Assembly (NCBI GenBank): GCA_963575745.1
Contig: CAUYUJ010000159.1
Span: forward strand, 186,001-250,000
Direction: 5' to 3'
DNA length: 64,000 bases
From: Prorocentrum cordatum
Lineage: Eukaryota
The position numbers and the translations under genes were made by a program. Of this stretch, positions 1 to 11,361 are shown one piece after another. The notes beneath the pieces were generated by a model. The model was not told the DNA's origin. It searched no databases and saw only the letters and a program-made list of their open reading frames with translations. Positions within the stretch are counted from its first letter, which is position 1. Every line of letters begins with the position of its first letter.

Positions 1-4
1 GTAG

Positions 5-250
5 AAGCCTCCTAGATGGGGTCTGAGTAGATGGGGTCGGAGGATCGCGCTGCATCGCCGATACTTCGGGATGCATCGGCGATGCATCGGCGATGCACCG
101 GCGCTTTGTCGTCGACGTGGGCGATGCATAAGTGACGTCGACGTGAAACAAATCGGTACATGATCATCGAGCCGCATCGGCGATGCATCGGCGATGCGGC
201 GCGGGCGCGATCCTCCGACCCTATCTACTCCGACCCCATCAAGGAGGCTT
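5..250. mobile_element. MITE-like palindromic element (second copy ~46560-46732)
   Basis: Imperfect ~45-bp terminal inverted repeats (aagcctcctagatggggtc...ggaggatcgcgc / gcgcgatcctccgacc...ccccatcaaggaggctt) with internal catcggcgatg repeats. The same ends recur near 46565-46732. Confidence 0.65.
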
Positions 251-1169
251 AGATCATCGGCAGGAGGCCGATGTCCTCCTGCCGTCGCCTTTTCCCAAGA
301 TATGCCCTGCCAGTTCCCGCCTCGGATTTTTGTGCTCGAGCCCGCCCGGGCGCCGCGGCGCCGGGCGCAAAGGCCGCCGCTGTGCTGCTCGCGGAGGCGG
401 AGCGCCAGGGGAGCTCCTCCCGGAGAGGCGCCTCAGGACGGCGAGAGTTGGCGGCGAGCCCGGGAGGGAAGCGGGAGGGGGCAACGACGACGACGATGAC
501 GACGCCGTCGTCTGGACGGCGAGTCGGCGGCGAGCCCAGGGGGGAAGCAAGAAGGGGCATTCAAACGGGGGGGCGGTAAAACGGCACGCGAGTCGTCCCT
601 GCAAGGGGACGGGCCGGCTAGCGGCCTGCGCGGGGCGGCCGTGGCCGCTTAGCCAATTGAGCGGACCTCCTGATGGCGAGTCGGCGGCGAGCCCAGGGGG
701 AAGTGAGCCAGTCAGTCAGTCAGTCAAGCCTGGCGCCCAGACGGCGCATTGGGAGATGGGATCAAGAGTTGCGCGCGTAGGTTGCGGGGAGAAGGGCACG
801 AGGATGGAAAGAAGGGGAGAAGGAAGAGGACGGCAAACACAATCAGAGCCAGCATTCTGGCAGAAGAGCGTAGACACTAGAAGCCCACGGCTGTTTGGGT
901 CTCAATCCCCTCTTCTTGTGCCCCCGCCGCCTGGGCACCAAAGCAGTGGCACGCAATTCTATCTCCCCCTCGGCGGCGTGCCTGGGGAGGATTTTTGATT
1001 TGCGCGCGGGTGAGCGTCTGCCGAACACTCCTGCTCCGACGAAGAGCGAAGGGGCCCGAAGGGGACCGAAAAGGGAACGAGGGACGGACCCAGGAACCCA
1101 GACAGAGACGAGGCAGAGGGCCACGACCGACAAACAGGGGCACGAAACCTCGAGGGCCCGAAAGCACCT

Positions 1170-2674
1170 GCAATTCAAAACATGATCGACCCACGAACCC
1201 GGAAAGGAATGTAGAACTGTAACACATGGCAGCGTTTTCAAAGACACCTGATTGGGTGACGGGCAAATGCAATACTGAAGGTATCGATCTTGATGTACCC
1301 TGCCGAGGGCTGTGCTGTGCTGCGCCGTGCTGAATTGCGATGTGCCATGGCGCGACTGTGCTCTATAGCCTCGTGGATCGAGTCCCCCTTTGCATCCGAG
1401 TCCTGACCGAACTGATCTGGATCTTAAGCTCGAGCTGCCTGAACACATAGTAGCTGCCCCAGAGCTAATGGACAGGGGAACGTGCCAGGAGGACGCGCCG
1501 CGAAACGTCCCAAGGGATGCGCCAGGCGACGTGCCAGGGGACGTGCCATGGGGTCGCACCGCGGGACGTGCCAAGGGGACGCGCTACGGAACGTGCCAAT
1601 GGATGTGCCACGGGATGTGCCAGGGGACGCGCGACGCGACGTGCCAGGGGGACTCGCCAAAGGACGCCCCACGGAACGTGCCAAGGAACGTGCCAAGTTG
1701 CAATGCTGAGTGCATCGACCTTGATGTACCGTGCCGAAATCAGTGCTGTGCTGCGCCGTGCTGAATTGCGATGTGCCATGGCGCGATTGTGCTCTATAGC
1801 CTCGTGGATCGAGTCCTCCTTTTGCATCCGAGTCCTGACCGAACTGATTTGGATCTTAAGCTCGAGCTACCTGAACACATAGAGTAGCTGCCCCAGAGCT
1901 AATGGACAAGGGAACATGCCAGGAGGACGCGACGCATAACGTCTCAAGGGACGCGCCAAGCGACGTGCCAAGGGACGCGCCATGGGGACGCACCGCGGGA
2001 CCTGCCAAGGGGACGCGCTACGGAACGTGATGGGGACAAGCGTTTCGCTCGAGACATCCTGTCAAAATCATTTGAATTCCTACGCGCGGGACGCTGCACG
2101 CGCGGGACATCCTCGGAATTCCTGCGAGCGGGACGTGAAAACAAGCATTTCGCCTGAGACATCCTTTGAATTCTGGCCCCCCACGAGGCCACCGCTCGAG
2201 ACATCCTCCAATTTTGCAAAACCAGCGTTTCGCTCGAGACATCCTCAACAAATTATGAAAAACAAGCGTTTCGCTCGAGACATCCTGTCAAAATCCAAAG
2301 AAATCCAAATACCCGCGCGCGGGACGCGGCACGCGCGAGACATCCTTGGAATTCCTGCGCGAGGGGCGCTTTTCCGTGTCGCGGTCGGCTCTGCAAAACC
2401 AGCGTGTCGCTCGAGACATCCTCAACAAATTCTGAAACCAAGCGTTTCGCTCGAGACATCCCCAACTCTGCAAAACCAGCGTCTCGCTCGAGACATCCTC
2501 AACACATTCTGAAAACAACAAGCGTTTCGCTAGGGGCATCCTCAATTTTTAATTCGCCGGCCCTACGCGACCTCGTTATTCATCGCAAAAGAAATTCGCC
2601 GGCCCTACAGCCGTCAAAACCGGGGGGAAACAAACTAAAAGAGAACCCTGGGCCTACGCCCTTTCCGGGAAAAA
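1170..2674 (+). repeat. Composite non-coding repeat, copy 1 (12-bp ggacgtgccaag array in a ~420-bp unit, plus gtttcgctcgagacatcctc satellite)
   Basis: The same module order and both termini (catgatcgacccacgaac...; ...ctaaaagagaaccctgggcc) recur in inverted orientation at ~19560-21100 and ~29420-31685. Confidence 0.75.
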
Positions 2675-2735
2675 CGTCCTCGGACGTGCGGTAGCGCCAA
2701 CACTGGACAATCTATTGTATCAAACAGGGCGGCAA

Positions 2736-4142
2736 CTAGAGAGAGATCTCAAGACAGCAGCCACATCCACCATCCCCCCGTTCCACCTCCCTCGCACCCC
2801 CCCCCACCCAATCGCAGAGCAAGGACAGGAGTGATGGGGGGGGCGGGAGGACGCCCCAGACAGCCCGCTTCCCGCGGTTGACACGTAGAGCGGGCCGATC
2901 GAGATGGTCATCATCGTCTGGTGGCCGGAACGAGTTCGGCGGGAAGTGGAACGGCGTTGCCTGAGCAGCATGTGCTCTGAACCAGGCACGTGCCACGGCA
3001 TCCCGAGCATTCCACCAATCAGCGCCAGGAGCGACGGCATGAGGTCGACGATGCACCCGAACAGCTTGCCCAGGTGCTCTGAGCCAGACGTGGGCCACGG
3101 CATCACGAGCACTCCACCCAGCAGCACCAGGAACAACGACGTGAGTAGAAGGGCCAGACTCGGCCGCCCCAGCCTCCTTCTGAAAGTCGACGTCGAGACG
3201 AAAGCGTACAGGCACAACAGGCACCGCTTGAAGACCAGCAGGCTCTCGATGAGGAAAGAGTTTCCCAGGATCTCGAGGGCCAGCGGGCTCTCGAAAACCA
3301 GCAGGCTCACGCAGATCAACAGGCCCTCGATGAGGAGGAACATCATGAAGACCAGCAGGCCCTCGATGAGCAGCAGGAACATCACGAAGACCAGCGGGAT
3401 CTCCACGAAAGTTGTATAGACCCACTTCAGGAAGATCCAAATGACCAGGAAGTTCGAAACGACACGGCTCAGGAAGGTCGTCAGCAGGAACAGCTTGAAG
3501 ATCATAAGGTTCTCGGCGAGCAGCGAGTTTTTCCGGCTCCAGACCAGCAGGCACTCGAAGACCAGCAGGCTCTCGATGACAAGCAGGCTCTCGAGGAGCA
3601 GGAACATCAGGAGCGTCACCATGATGTAAATCAGGAAGGTCGTCGTAGCGGCTCGCATCTGTGGCTGGCGGCGCCCAGCAACCAGGAGCGAGCTCTGCGT
3701 TCACATGAACAGGAAGTCGGGGCTGGAAGGGATCGGCCTCGGCGTTGAGCGGAAAGGCCATCATCTTCAGCGTCGACTCGAGGACAACGGCCCGAACAGC
3801 CGCAGGCGGCGGCGGCATCCCGCTCACGCATGGCGGCGGGGCGTGGCGGCACCAGCTGCCAGTCTCCAGGGCGTCAATGGCATCCTGGAGCTCCGCGTCG
3901 TCGAGCCCCACCAGGCGGGCCGCCGCGATCGCGGCGCCCAGCGTGGGGATGTGGCCGCCCAGGCGATCTCCAAGGCGCCAGTGGGCGTCGAGGGCGACAC
4001 GGAGGCCACGCAACCGGTAGGACATAGCGGCGGCCCTCGTCTGCCCGAGCTGCGCCCTCCGTTCGCGTCGAAGGCGCCGAGCCAGGGTCCGAGCACTCGC
4101 CGCAGCCCAGGCTTTGCCGCCAGCAGTGAGAGCACGAGACAT
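2736..4142 (-). CDS. SL-capped intronless 468-aa protein of unknown function with PAM2-like motif and REPAGL repeats (retrocopy or ORF1-like protein of a non-autonomous retroelement)
   Basis: True ATG at 4142, 66 nt downstream of a perfect DinoSL. Open for 1.4 kb. LNAEADPFQP lies at ~3749-3720, 18-bp REPAGL repeats at ~3230-3610, and an ARDAVA module is duplicated. Confidence 0.6.
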   Translation of the reverse strand: MSRALTAGGKAWAAASARTLARRLRRERRAQLGQTRAAAMSYRLRGLRVALDAHWRLGDRLGGHIPTLGAAIAAARLVGLDDAELQDAIDALETGSWCRHAPPPCVSGMPPPPAAVRAVVLESTLKMMAFPLNAEADPFQPRLPVHVNAELAPGCWAPPATDASRYDDLPDLHHGDAPDVPAPREPACHREPAGLRVPAGLEPEKLAARREPYDLQAVPADDLPEPCRFELPGHLDLPEVGLYNFRGDPAGLRDVPAAHRGPAGLHDVPPHRGPVDLREPAGFREPAGPRDPGKLFPHREPAGLQAVPVVPVRFRLDVDFQKEAGAAESGPSTHVVVPGAAGWSARDAVAHVWLRAPGQAVRVHRRPHAVAPGADWWNARDAVARAWFRAHAAQATPFHFPPNSFRPPDDDDHLDRPALRVNRGKRAVWGVLPPPPSLLSLLCDWVGGGAREVERGDGGCGCCLEISL

Positions 4143-4208
4143 TGCGGCCGCTTGCGCGCCTGCGCCTGGAGCAGGCGCGCTGGCGAGGGCCTCCCGAAGC
4201 GCGGCTCG

Positions 4209-4230
4209 CTTGAGCCAAAATGGCTACGGA
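4209..4230 (-). other. Full-length dinoflagellate spliced-leader sequence (retroposed)
   Basis: The reverse complement reads TCCGTAGCCATTTTGGCTCAAG, a 22/22 match to the DinoSL consensus. Confidence 0.95.
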
Positions 4231-4240
4231 TGTGCCTGGG

Positions 4241-4303
4241 GAGGAGGAGGAGGAGGAGGAGGAGGAGGAGGAGGAGGAGGAGGAGGAGGAGGAGGAGGAG
4301 GAG
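4241..4303. repeat. (GAG)n microsatellite
   Basis: About 21 perfect units. Many other (GAG/CCT)n, (GAC)n, (GA)n, (TA)n and (TG)n tracts occur across the window. Confidence 0.95.
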
Positions 4304-7300
4304 TGAAAGGGGGCAGGCCTTTGCAGGAGGCGGCTGGGTTTCTCAGAAGCCCCCTGGCCTTCCAAGAGGCCGCCTGTGTCCCCGGTGAAGGCCTCGAATG
4401 CTTCTTAAAGGCGCGATGGCTTCTGAGAGCTGAGGAGCCTCGCCGCCTTCTTGAGGAGGCCTGCTCCCTCTCACTTCCCCCGGGAGCGCCGCCGAGAGAA
4501 CGGATCTCACCATGGGAAACAAGCACTGCCGACGACGCAACGGTGGCGACCGCGACGACCGCGACGACGGCGACCGCAACGACCACGACGATGGCACCTG
4601 GGGCGGCGGCAGCTGTGACGATCACGACGGCGGTGGCGGGCCGCCAGGGTATGCAATCATCGTGCTACCACAAGGAACGCTAAAGAAGGAAGGAGCGGGC
4701 TTTTCTGGCGTCGGGCGAGCCTAGGCCGCGAATGGATTCCCCGACCAAAGTCCAAGAAACGGAACGAACCCCAGAGCTCCCCCTGAGCAGAAAGTTGTCC
4801 TCATTTCGGCGTCTTGACTGTACCTGTTGAGGGCGAGGTGGCATCGTAGATAGAGGAACTGCCAGAGGAAGACAGCAAGGTTGTCGCCTGATTTCGTCTG
4901 ACGCTCGTCGCGCGGCGCGATCACATCTTCGCGCTCTCGCGCGGCTCGCCCGGAGGCTTCCTAAGGAAGAGCGCATCTCCAAGGAGGAGGAGGAGGAAGA
5001 GGAGGAGTAGCAGGAGGGGAGGAGGACGAGGAGGAGGAGCGATCAGGTTCTCTTGGGGGGGCTCTTGGACCTTCTTGAAAGCCTCGGGGGCAGGCTCGCG
5101 AAGCAAGCGTGCGTACACAAAATCGCTCTAACTATTGAAGCATGTCATCCTTTCGGCCCCCTAGACTTCCCAAGAGAGCCACTTGGGTACGGGCACCCGA
5201 AGGGAGGCCGCGAACGAGATTCGGAAACATGGTTGGAAACGAATGTGTCCTCTGCAACGTCCTCAATGGCGGCAAGATCCCCATCAAGAATCCCTCACCC
5301 GAGGCAGCCGCGATATGCTCCTGTGAGCCATCCACGGAAACCCTTGAGCAATATATCAACGGACACTTTGTTGCCTTCAATCGTTCTCACTGGTCCCCGG
5401 AATCCTAAAGCCGTCCACGGCGACAACAATACCGAAAACCGGACGAACCGACAACCAACACGAAAACGACCGAAACCGACAGGCTGCAAGCAGCCTCGAA
5501 GGGCGCAACGACACAACAACGACACGACAACTGATCAAACCGGACCGATTGGACACAACAGACTGCGACGCAACCGAACCAACCGAACCGCGAACAACTC
5601 CGAATCCACAGTCCGGGAACGGTGGCGGGGCGGGGCGAAGGCCATCCGATTCACCGAGCCCGCAGACTGCCAGACGGACGCCTGGCTTGCAGAGTTATAG
5701 CCAAGCAGGATCAGAACGGCGCACGGTGAGGACGCAGGGGCCGTGGGCGCGCAACTTGAGCAATTCGAGCGGCGCCGCACGGGCTGGAGAGACCAGGCGG
5801 AATGGCCGAAGAGGCAAGGACGCAAGAGTGTGTTGGCACTTCCAAGAGGTTGCCGCTGGCTATCGGCCCGTCCCGCCGATCCACCGAGATGTGCACAGAA
5901 ACGTCTCCAAGTGTGCCACGATGGCCCAACATGGCTTCCACCCAGATGACCCTCAGCCTCCACGGCCAAAATGGCCCTCGACGGTCAAACAGGCCCCCAA
6001 GGCGTCCCGAGAGTGGTCCAACAGAGCCTTCAGCAGGGAGCGAACATCATGAATTCACGTTAGGCTATAGAAATGTGTGAATGCTCTCGGCTTTTCGATT
6101 GCACCAGCATCCGAGACGGCCCAACATATCTACCCTCAAGATCGCCCGGATATGGTCCAAAACGTTTCAAGAACGACCCAAGAAGGCCCCGAGATGGACC
6201 AAGAGAGCCCCAAGGAGTCATTCAAGAGCCGAAAGAAGGCCCCCAAGGCGCCCCGAGACGGCTCAACAGGGCTCCAAGACAGCCCAAGCAGGCTACATCA
6301 GGCTCTCGAAAAGGCTAACGAAAGCACCAAGAGACGATTCAAAGCACCCGTCGAAACTTGTCTGACACAGGCTATCGGCCACCAGAGCTTCGCCGTTCCA
6401 CACGGGCAAGGGGCAGCTGGGATTCAGGACTCACCGTAGGCGTCTTCGGCTAAAATCCCCCTAAGCACCAGAAGTGCACCAAGACGGCTTCATTCAAGAC
6501 GACCTCGAGAGGTCCCCAAGACGACCAAGATTGCCCGAGAGTTTGCCCAGGAGTGCCCCAAGAGGGACGGAGAGGTCCTCAACAGAGCTCCAAGGCTGCG
6601 AGGGAGGAGATGGCCGAGGTCCTCAGGACGGAGAGGTCCTCGCTCGCCATCGCTCAGACGTCCATTCCCCGTGCAGTTGTCGGTTTTGTGCGGCTCGTTG
6701 TGTTCGCAGGATGGTCAAAGTTGCTCCTCGATGGCCCTCGCAGAGAAAGAATGCAAGCGTCCGAACGATGGCAAGCTCGAAGTCGACCCAAGAGGGAGTC
6801 CGTCAAGAGAGACAGTGAGCCAAGGCCCCAGGACTGGCCCACGAGAGTTCCGAGGAGGCGCCACGAGGCCGCTCAAGCTGCTTGAGAGGCCCCTGGCAAG
6901 CTCTGCCTGTGGGCCACATGTGGGCGGCGGTGACTCGCCCGAGGCGTCATCGCCCGCGGCGTCTTCGACGAGATCCCTGCAGTCAACCCGTACAATTTAG
7001 AGACAAGATAACCATGCACATACACCGATTCTGGCCAGGCCCATCCTGAGCCCAGGATCGGTACATGCGCTCTCCTACCTTGGCCAGGAAGGTATGTGCA
7101 CCGATCTTGGGTCAAGAATGAGAATTACAAGGGTCGGTGCGTGTGCATAGGTCTCTGCGCCCGACAACAAGGATGCGCGGCAAGGATGCAAGGGCCTCGG
7201 ACGCCCATGCCGAGGCTCTTCGAGCGGGGCTGGCCCTCGAAGGTGGCCGAGGATGGACCGAAGAGGCAGGGGATGCAGGGGTACCCTTGAGAAGCCGATC

Positions 7301-8369
7301 GTGCTGCTGCGCGGGTGGACCGCATCAAGCTTCTCAGACTTGCCTCGCAAACTGTGCTGCTGCGTGGCATCGCCCCTAACGGAACACCGCAGCAGCCCCC
7401 CCCCCTGCCTGGAGCAGAGGGAGCTCCGCCCCTGCGCGGGCAGTCCCCCCCGGACCTGCCCTGGAGCAGACTCGGAAGGGGACTCCTAGGGCGGGCCCAG
7501 CCGTGGCGACGAGGCCCCGCACCCCTCAGGAGCCCCACTGCAACAAAAACAAGGATGCGAAGATCATCCCTCCTCCTCCCGTCCTCCTCCTCCTCCCGTC
7601 CTTCCTTCCTTCCCTCCCTCCTTCCCTCCTTCCCTCGTCGTCCTCCTCCTCCTCCTCCTCCTCCTCCTCCTCCTCCTCCTCCTCCTCCTCCCCTCATAAG
7701 TGCTTTACAAGGCGGTCGCCCTTGCCTGCGTCTGCCTGTTGCTGCGTTGTTGCTCCCGATGGGCCCACCCACGCATGCACGCGTGCACCTGCAGCGCGAT
7801 AACGTGTGGTGGCCGGAAGCCTCCTCCTCCGCTTCCTCCCACCGCACGGGGGTCTGCCTGAAACCTGTCCACGGATCAATACCGGGATCCATCCTGGTAC
7901 ATTCCCCAACCGGGTCAGTTTTCTGGCGGGCTGAGGCACGTGGAGAAGGGATCCCGACCCAGAAGATGGCGAAACAAAGCTTCGTTAGATGAAGCAGCGG
8001 TGTAAGCATAACGTTTCGGAGCCCCGACAACGTATGTTCATGCAGCCTGTTCCCCACATCCTGGGTGCGAGGTTCGTGCTCTTAGTGTGACGCCTCCGCC
8101 TCCTCACCCGCCCTCTCCCTCCCTCCCATCACACTCAGATCACTGTTACTGAGACTCACTCACACTCAGATCCGATGATACTCTGACTCACACTCGCTCT
8201 GACCCGCTGATTATCAGACTCACTCTCGCACAGGTACACTGATGCTTAGACTGGCTCATACTCAGCCTCACTTATACAGAGACACACTCACACTCTGACC
8301 CATTCGATCAAAGACATACTCAGACTCATACACACATGCCAGTCACAAAATGATCAGTCAGACTCTCAA

Positions 8370-9330
8370 CATGACCACCGCGACATAGCAAGCGTGGCAC
8401 TTGAGCACCCCAAGGGGAATCCGCCGGGGGATATGACACTCGCCCATTCGTGCCAAAGTGTGGGAACCTAGCGAGCTGTTTGCCTGTTTTGCTCCTCAGA
8501 CTCATGTCGTTTCTCTGGCGACATAGAAGGCGTGGGTGGCATTTGGGCACCCCAGGGAGGGGCCGCCAGGGGGAACTACACAAGCCCATTCGTCACAAGA
8601 TTGTGGGAATGTCGCAAGCAGTTTGCCTGCGTTTGACCTCTCAGACTCTTCTCTATTGAGGGCCCTATGGTCACCGCGACTCAGCAGGCGTGGCACTTGG
8701 GAGCCACAGTTGCGAGCCGCCAATAGGTATTACACTCGCACCTTTATTCCCAGATTGTGGGAATGTCGCAAGCGGTTTGCATGTGTTTGCCCCTCAGACT
8801 CCTCTCACTTGAGAGCTCAATGATCACCGCGACATCGCAAGCGTAGAATTTCGGCACCCCACGGGGGAGCCGCCAGGGTGTCTTGCACTCGCCAGCTCGC
8901 GCCTGGATTGTAGAATTGTGGCTGGCGGCTAGCGGGTTTTGCCGCTCTTGCCACCCATTCTCCTCTCGTTTGAAAGCCGCATGGCGACCGCGACATAGAA
9001 CACGTGGCATTTGAGCACCTCAGTGGGGAGTCGTCAAGGGAAATTACACTCCCTCGCTCGTCACCAAATTTGGGGAATGTCGCAATCAATGTGCCTGTTT
9101 CTGCCACCCGATCTTTGTCTTTGGAGCATTCCTTGATGACTAGATCACTGCGACATGGCAAGCGTAGCATGTAGGCGCCCCAACGGGAACCGTCAAAGGG
9201 TATTGCACTCGCCCCTTCGCGGAGCCCCGTGGTCACCGCGACACAGCAGGCGTGGCATTGGGGAAGCCGCCAGGGGATGTCACGCTCGCCCGTCGGCGCC
9301 CAAATTGTGGGGACACCTCAGACGGGTTGC
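8370..9330. repeat. Diverged tandem satellite, ~150-160-bp unit
   Basis: The motif caccgcgacatagcaagcgtggca...gccgccaggg...cactcgccc...ttgtgggaatgtcgca recurs at ~8375, 8515, 8670, 8825, 8990, 9150 and 9235. Confidence 0.75.
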
Positions 9331-9367
9331 TGCTTTTGGCTCCCCCAGTCTTCTTTAGAACCCAAAG

Positions 9368-9535
9368 CGCCATAAACATAAACTTTTGGCGCTCCGCGCG
9401 GATTCTTGGATCCGTGCTGGACCCCTCTCCCTGGCGCGCGGAGCGCGCCAGGGGCGGCGCTGGAGGCGCCGCCGGAGGGACCCAGCAAGGATCCAAGAAA
9501 TCCACACGGAGCGCCAAAAGTTTATGTTTACGGCG
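9368..9535. mobile_element. ~165-200-bp TIR MITE family (copies ~17370-17545, ~18700-18860, ~23361-23565, ~32335-32515)
   Basis: TIRs cataaacataaacttttggcgctccgcgcggatt / aatcc(g/a)cgcggagcgccaaaagtttatgttta, with a shared core ccctggcgcgcggagcg. Confidence 0.8.
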
Positions 9536-11154
9536 TGTTCTCTTCTTCGATTCTCGCTTTTGCGAGCTCCATAGTTACCGCGACGTAACACGCGTGTTAT
9601 TTGGGCACCGCAGGGGAGAGCCGCCAGGAAGTGTTGACTTACACCTGCCCGTTCGCGGCCAGGCCATGGGGACGTCTCGGGCGGTCTGCTCGCTGTGTGG
9701 CTGGGGCTCCTCTGGTTTCAAAGCAGATCGTGAGGATGTCTTGAGGGAGGCGCTCGATTCGTGGCCAGGGCAGATCGTGAGGACGTCTCGAGCGAGTCAG
9801 AGGAAACGCTGGTTTAGGCACCCTCGACTTCACTCTTTTCAGAACCCCAGAAACATCCCGACGTAGCAAGCATAACATTTGGACACTCCAAGGGGGTGCC
9901 GCCAAGGATCGCTCAGTCGCCACGGGCGTTAAGATTCTCTCACACACTCACAACACGGAATCTCCAGCAACTGAAATAAGGCACATATGGGGATCTCTTC
10001 GTCGTGAAATGATTTTCCTATTCTCGGACCTCGACCACCCCCAGCTCCCCTCCAACCGTCAGGGGCACCGCAAAGGACACCGTCGACGCGGTGCTGGGGC
10101 GCGTCAACGCGGCGTCTTTGCTGGAAATCGTCGACGCCGTGGCGGTGCCGGGGCGCGTCGAAGCGGCGTCCGTGCTGCCCGGGCGTTTCGCGGCCTTCGC
10201 GCGCGCGCGTCGCGCGGCAGGCAGGTACAGCGTCGTCGTCCCAAAACTCCGGCGAATTGACTTTGCAGCTGTTGCGCACTTCCTCGATGTTGGCCCACCC
10301 GCTCTCGGGCCCCGGGGCAATCCGAAATGATTCCGGGACGCCGAGCTGCCCTGGGAAGCGGTCGGGAGCTCACGGGGCCGCGGATGCAACAGCAACAAAA
10401 CAAATCGGAAGGTGTCTGGGGTCGTCGTCGTCGTCGTCGTCGTCGCCGCAGTCTCAGTCGCCATAGTCGCTGCAGTCTTTGTACCCACAGGGCGTGGCCA
10501 GTCCTCCACTTCCTCCTCCTCCTCCTCCTCCTCCTCCTCTCATGCCCCCCCTCCTCCTCGTTGTAGTCGTCTCCATCGTCCTGCGTGGAGTGAATGAGGT
10601 GCCGCCACACTGCGGCTCAAAGGTTCTGGCAACGGGTTCTTCCCTGGCAAGTCCTACAGGTTATAAACCCGTCGCTTCCCGCGCCACATTATCCGCCTTG
10701 GTTTTCCTGCGCGTGCGATGTTGGCGACTTGGCAAAACACTCCAACCCCCGATTTCGGTCCTGATTCAGATCTCGACGATCGGCCATCCAAACTTAGAGT
10801 TGTGCCAATCGCGCCTGGCATACATCCCATCGGAACGTATATCTTGAACAAAAACGCTGAACGCCTCCCCCCGTACGGCTTTTCCCTAGTCATCGTTCCG
10901 TTGTTACGTGCGTTTTTGCGCGTCACTGCGCCGCCCGTCTGACGCCCATTTTCTGGGGTGCCGTTTTGAACAAGCCTTGGTCGGGTCAACAACGAAACGT
11001 GGAACAACTCCAACACATGTGAGTCGAAAGGTACGTACCCCGAACGTCTCACCAGGACCCGCGCGGACACCATCAAGACACCCTGGCCGCACCCAAGGCC
11101 CAACAGACGACAGGTACGACACTGCACGCGCGGAGCAACTGGACCACGCTGTAA

Positions 11155-11361
11155 GGGGCAACGATCGGGGGGGACTGGCGAAAGGGACGATGCATCGACC
11201 TGGAATCGGAGATACATCGCCCATGAATCGGCGATAGGCCCCCGATACTGAATCCGCACCTTCCTGTGCAGTTTGGGGCTATCGGGCCCCGATCGGCGAT
11301 CAATGGCCGATTCAGGATCAATGCGTCCCCCTCTATGCCCATCCCCCCCGATCGTTGCCCC
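11155..11361. mobile_element. MITE with ggggcaacgatcgggggg TIRs (related copies ~12436-12630, ~21215-21420)
   Basis: Perfect ~18-bp inverted termini and a shared atcggcgat-rich interior. Confidence 0.65.

Noticed and set aside
2720..3658. 312-aa hydrophobic 'membrane protein' ORF
   Set aside because: It is an alternate frame of the repeat-rich 468-aa ORF, and the Leu/Val richness follows from the shifted codons.
4209..4230. SL RNA gene (also 49232-49252)
   Set aside because: Each SL is followed by unrelated mRNA-like leaders and ORFs rather than a conserved SL intron, which indicates retroposed trans-spliced RNA.
5140..8070. Short unique-looking segments (~5140-5410, ~6900-7150, ~7800-8070) that may be retroelement scraps
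   Set aside because: Only weak hints (CxxC, YTD). They cannot be assigned without a homology search.
10060..10330. Possible host exon (…FAAVAHFLDVG…)
   Set aside because: No recognisable family, clear splice sites or partner exons.
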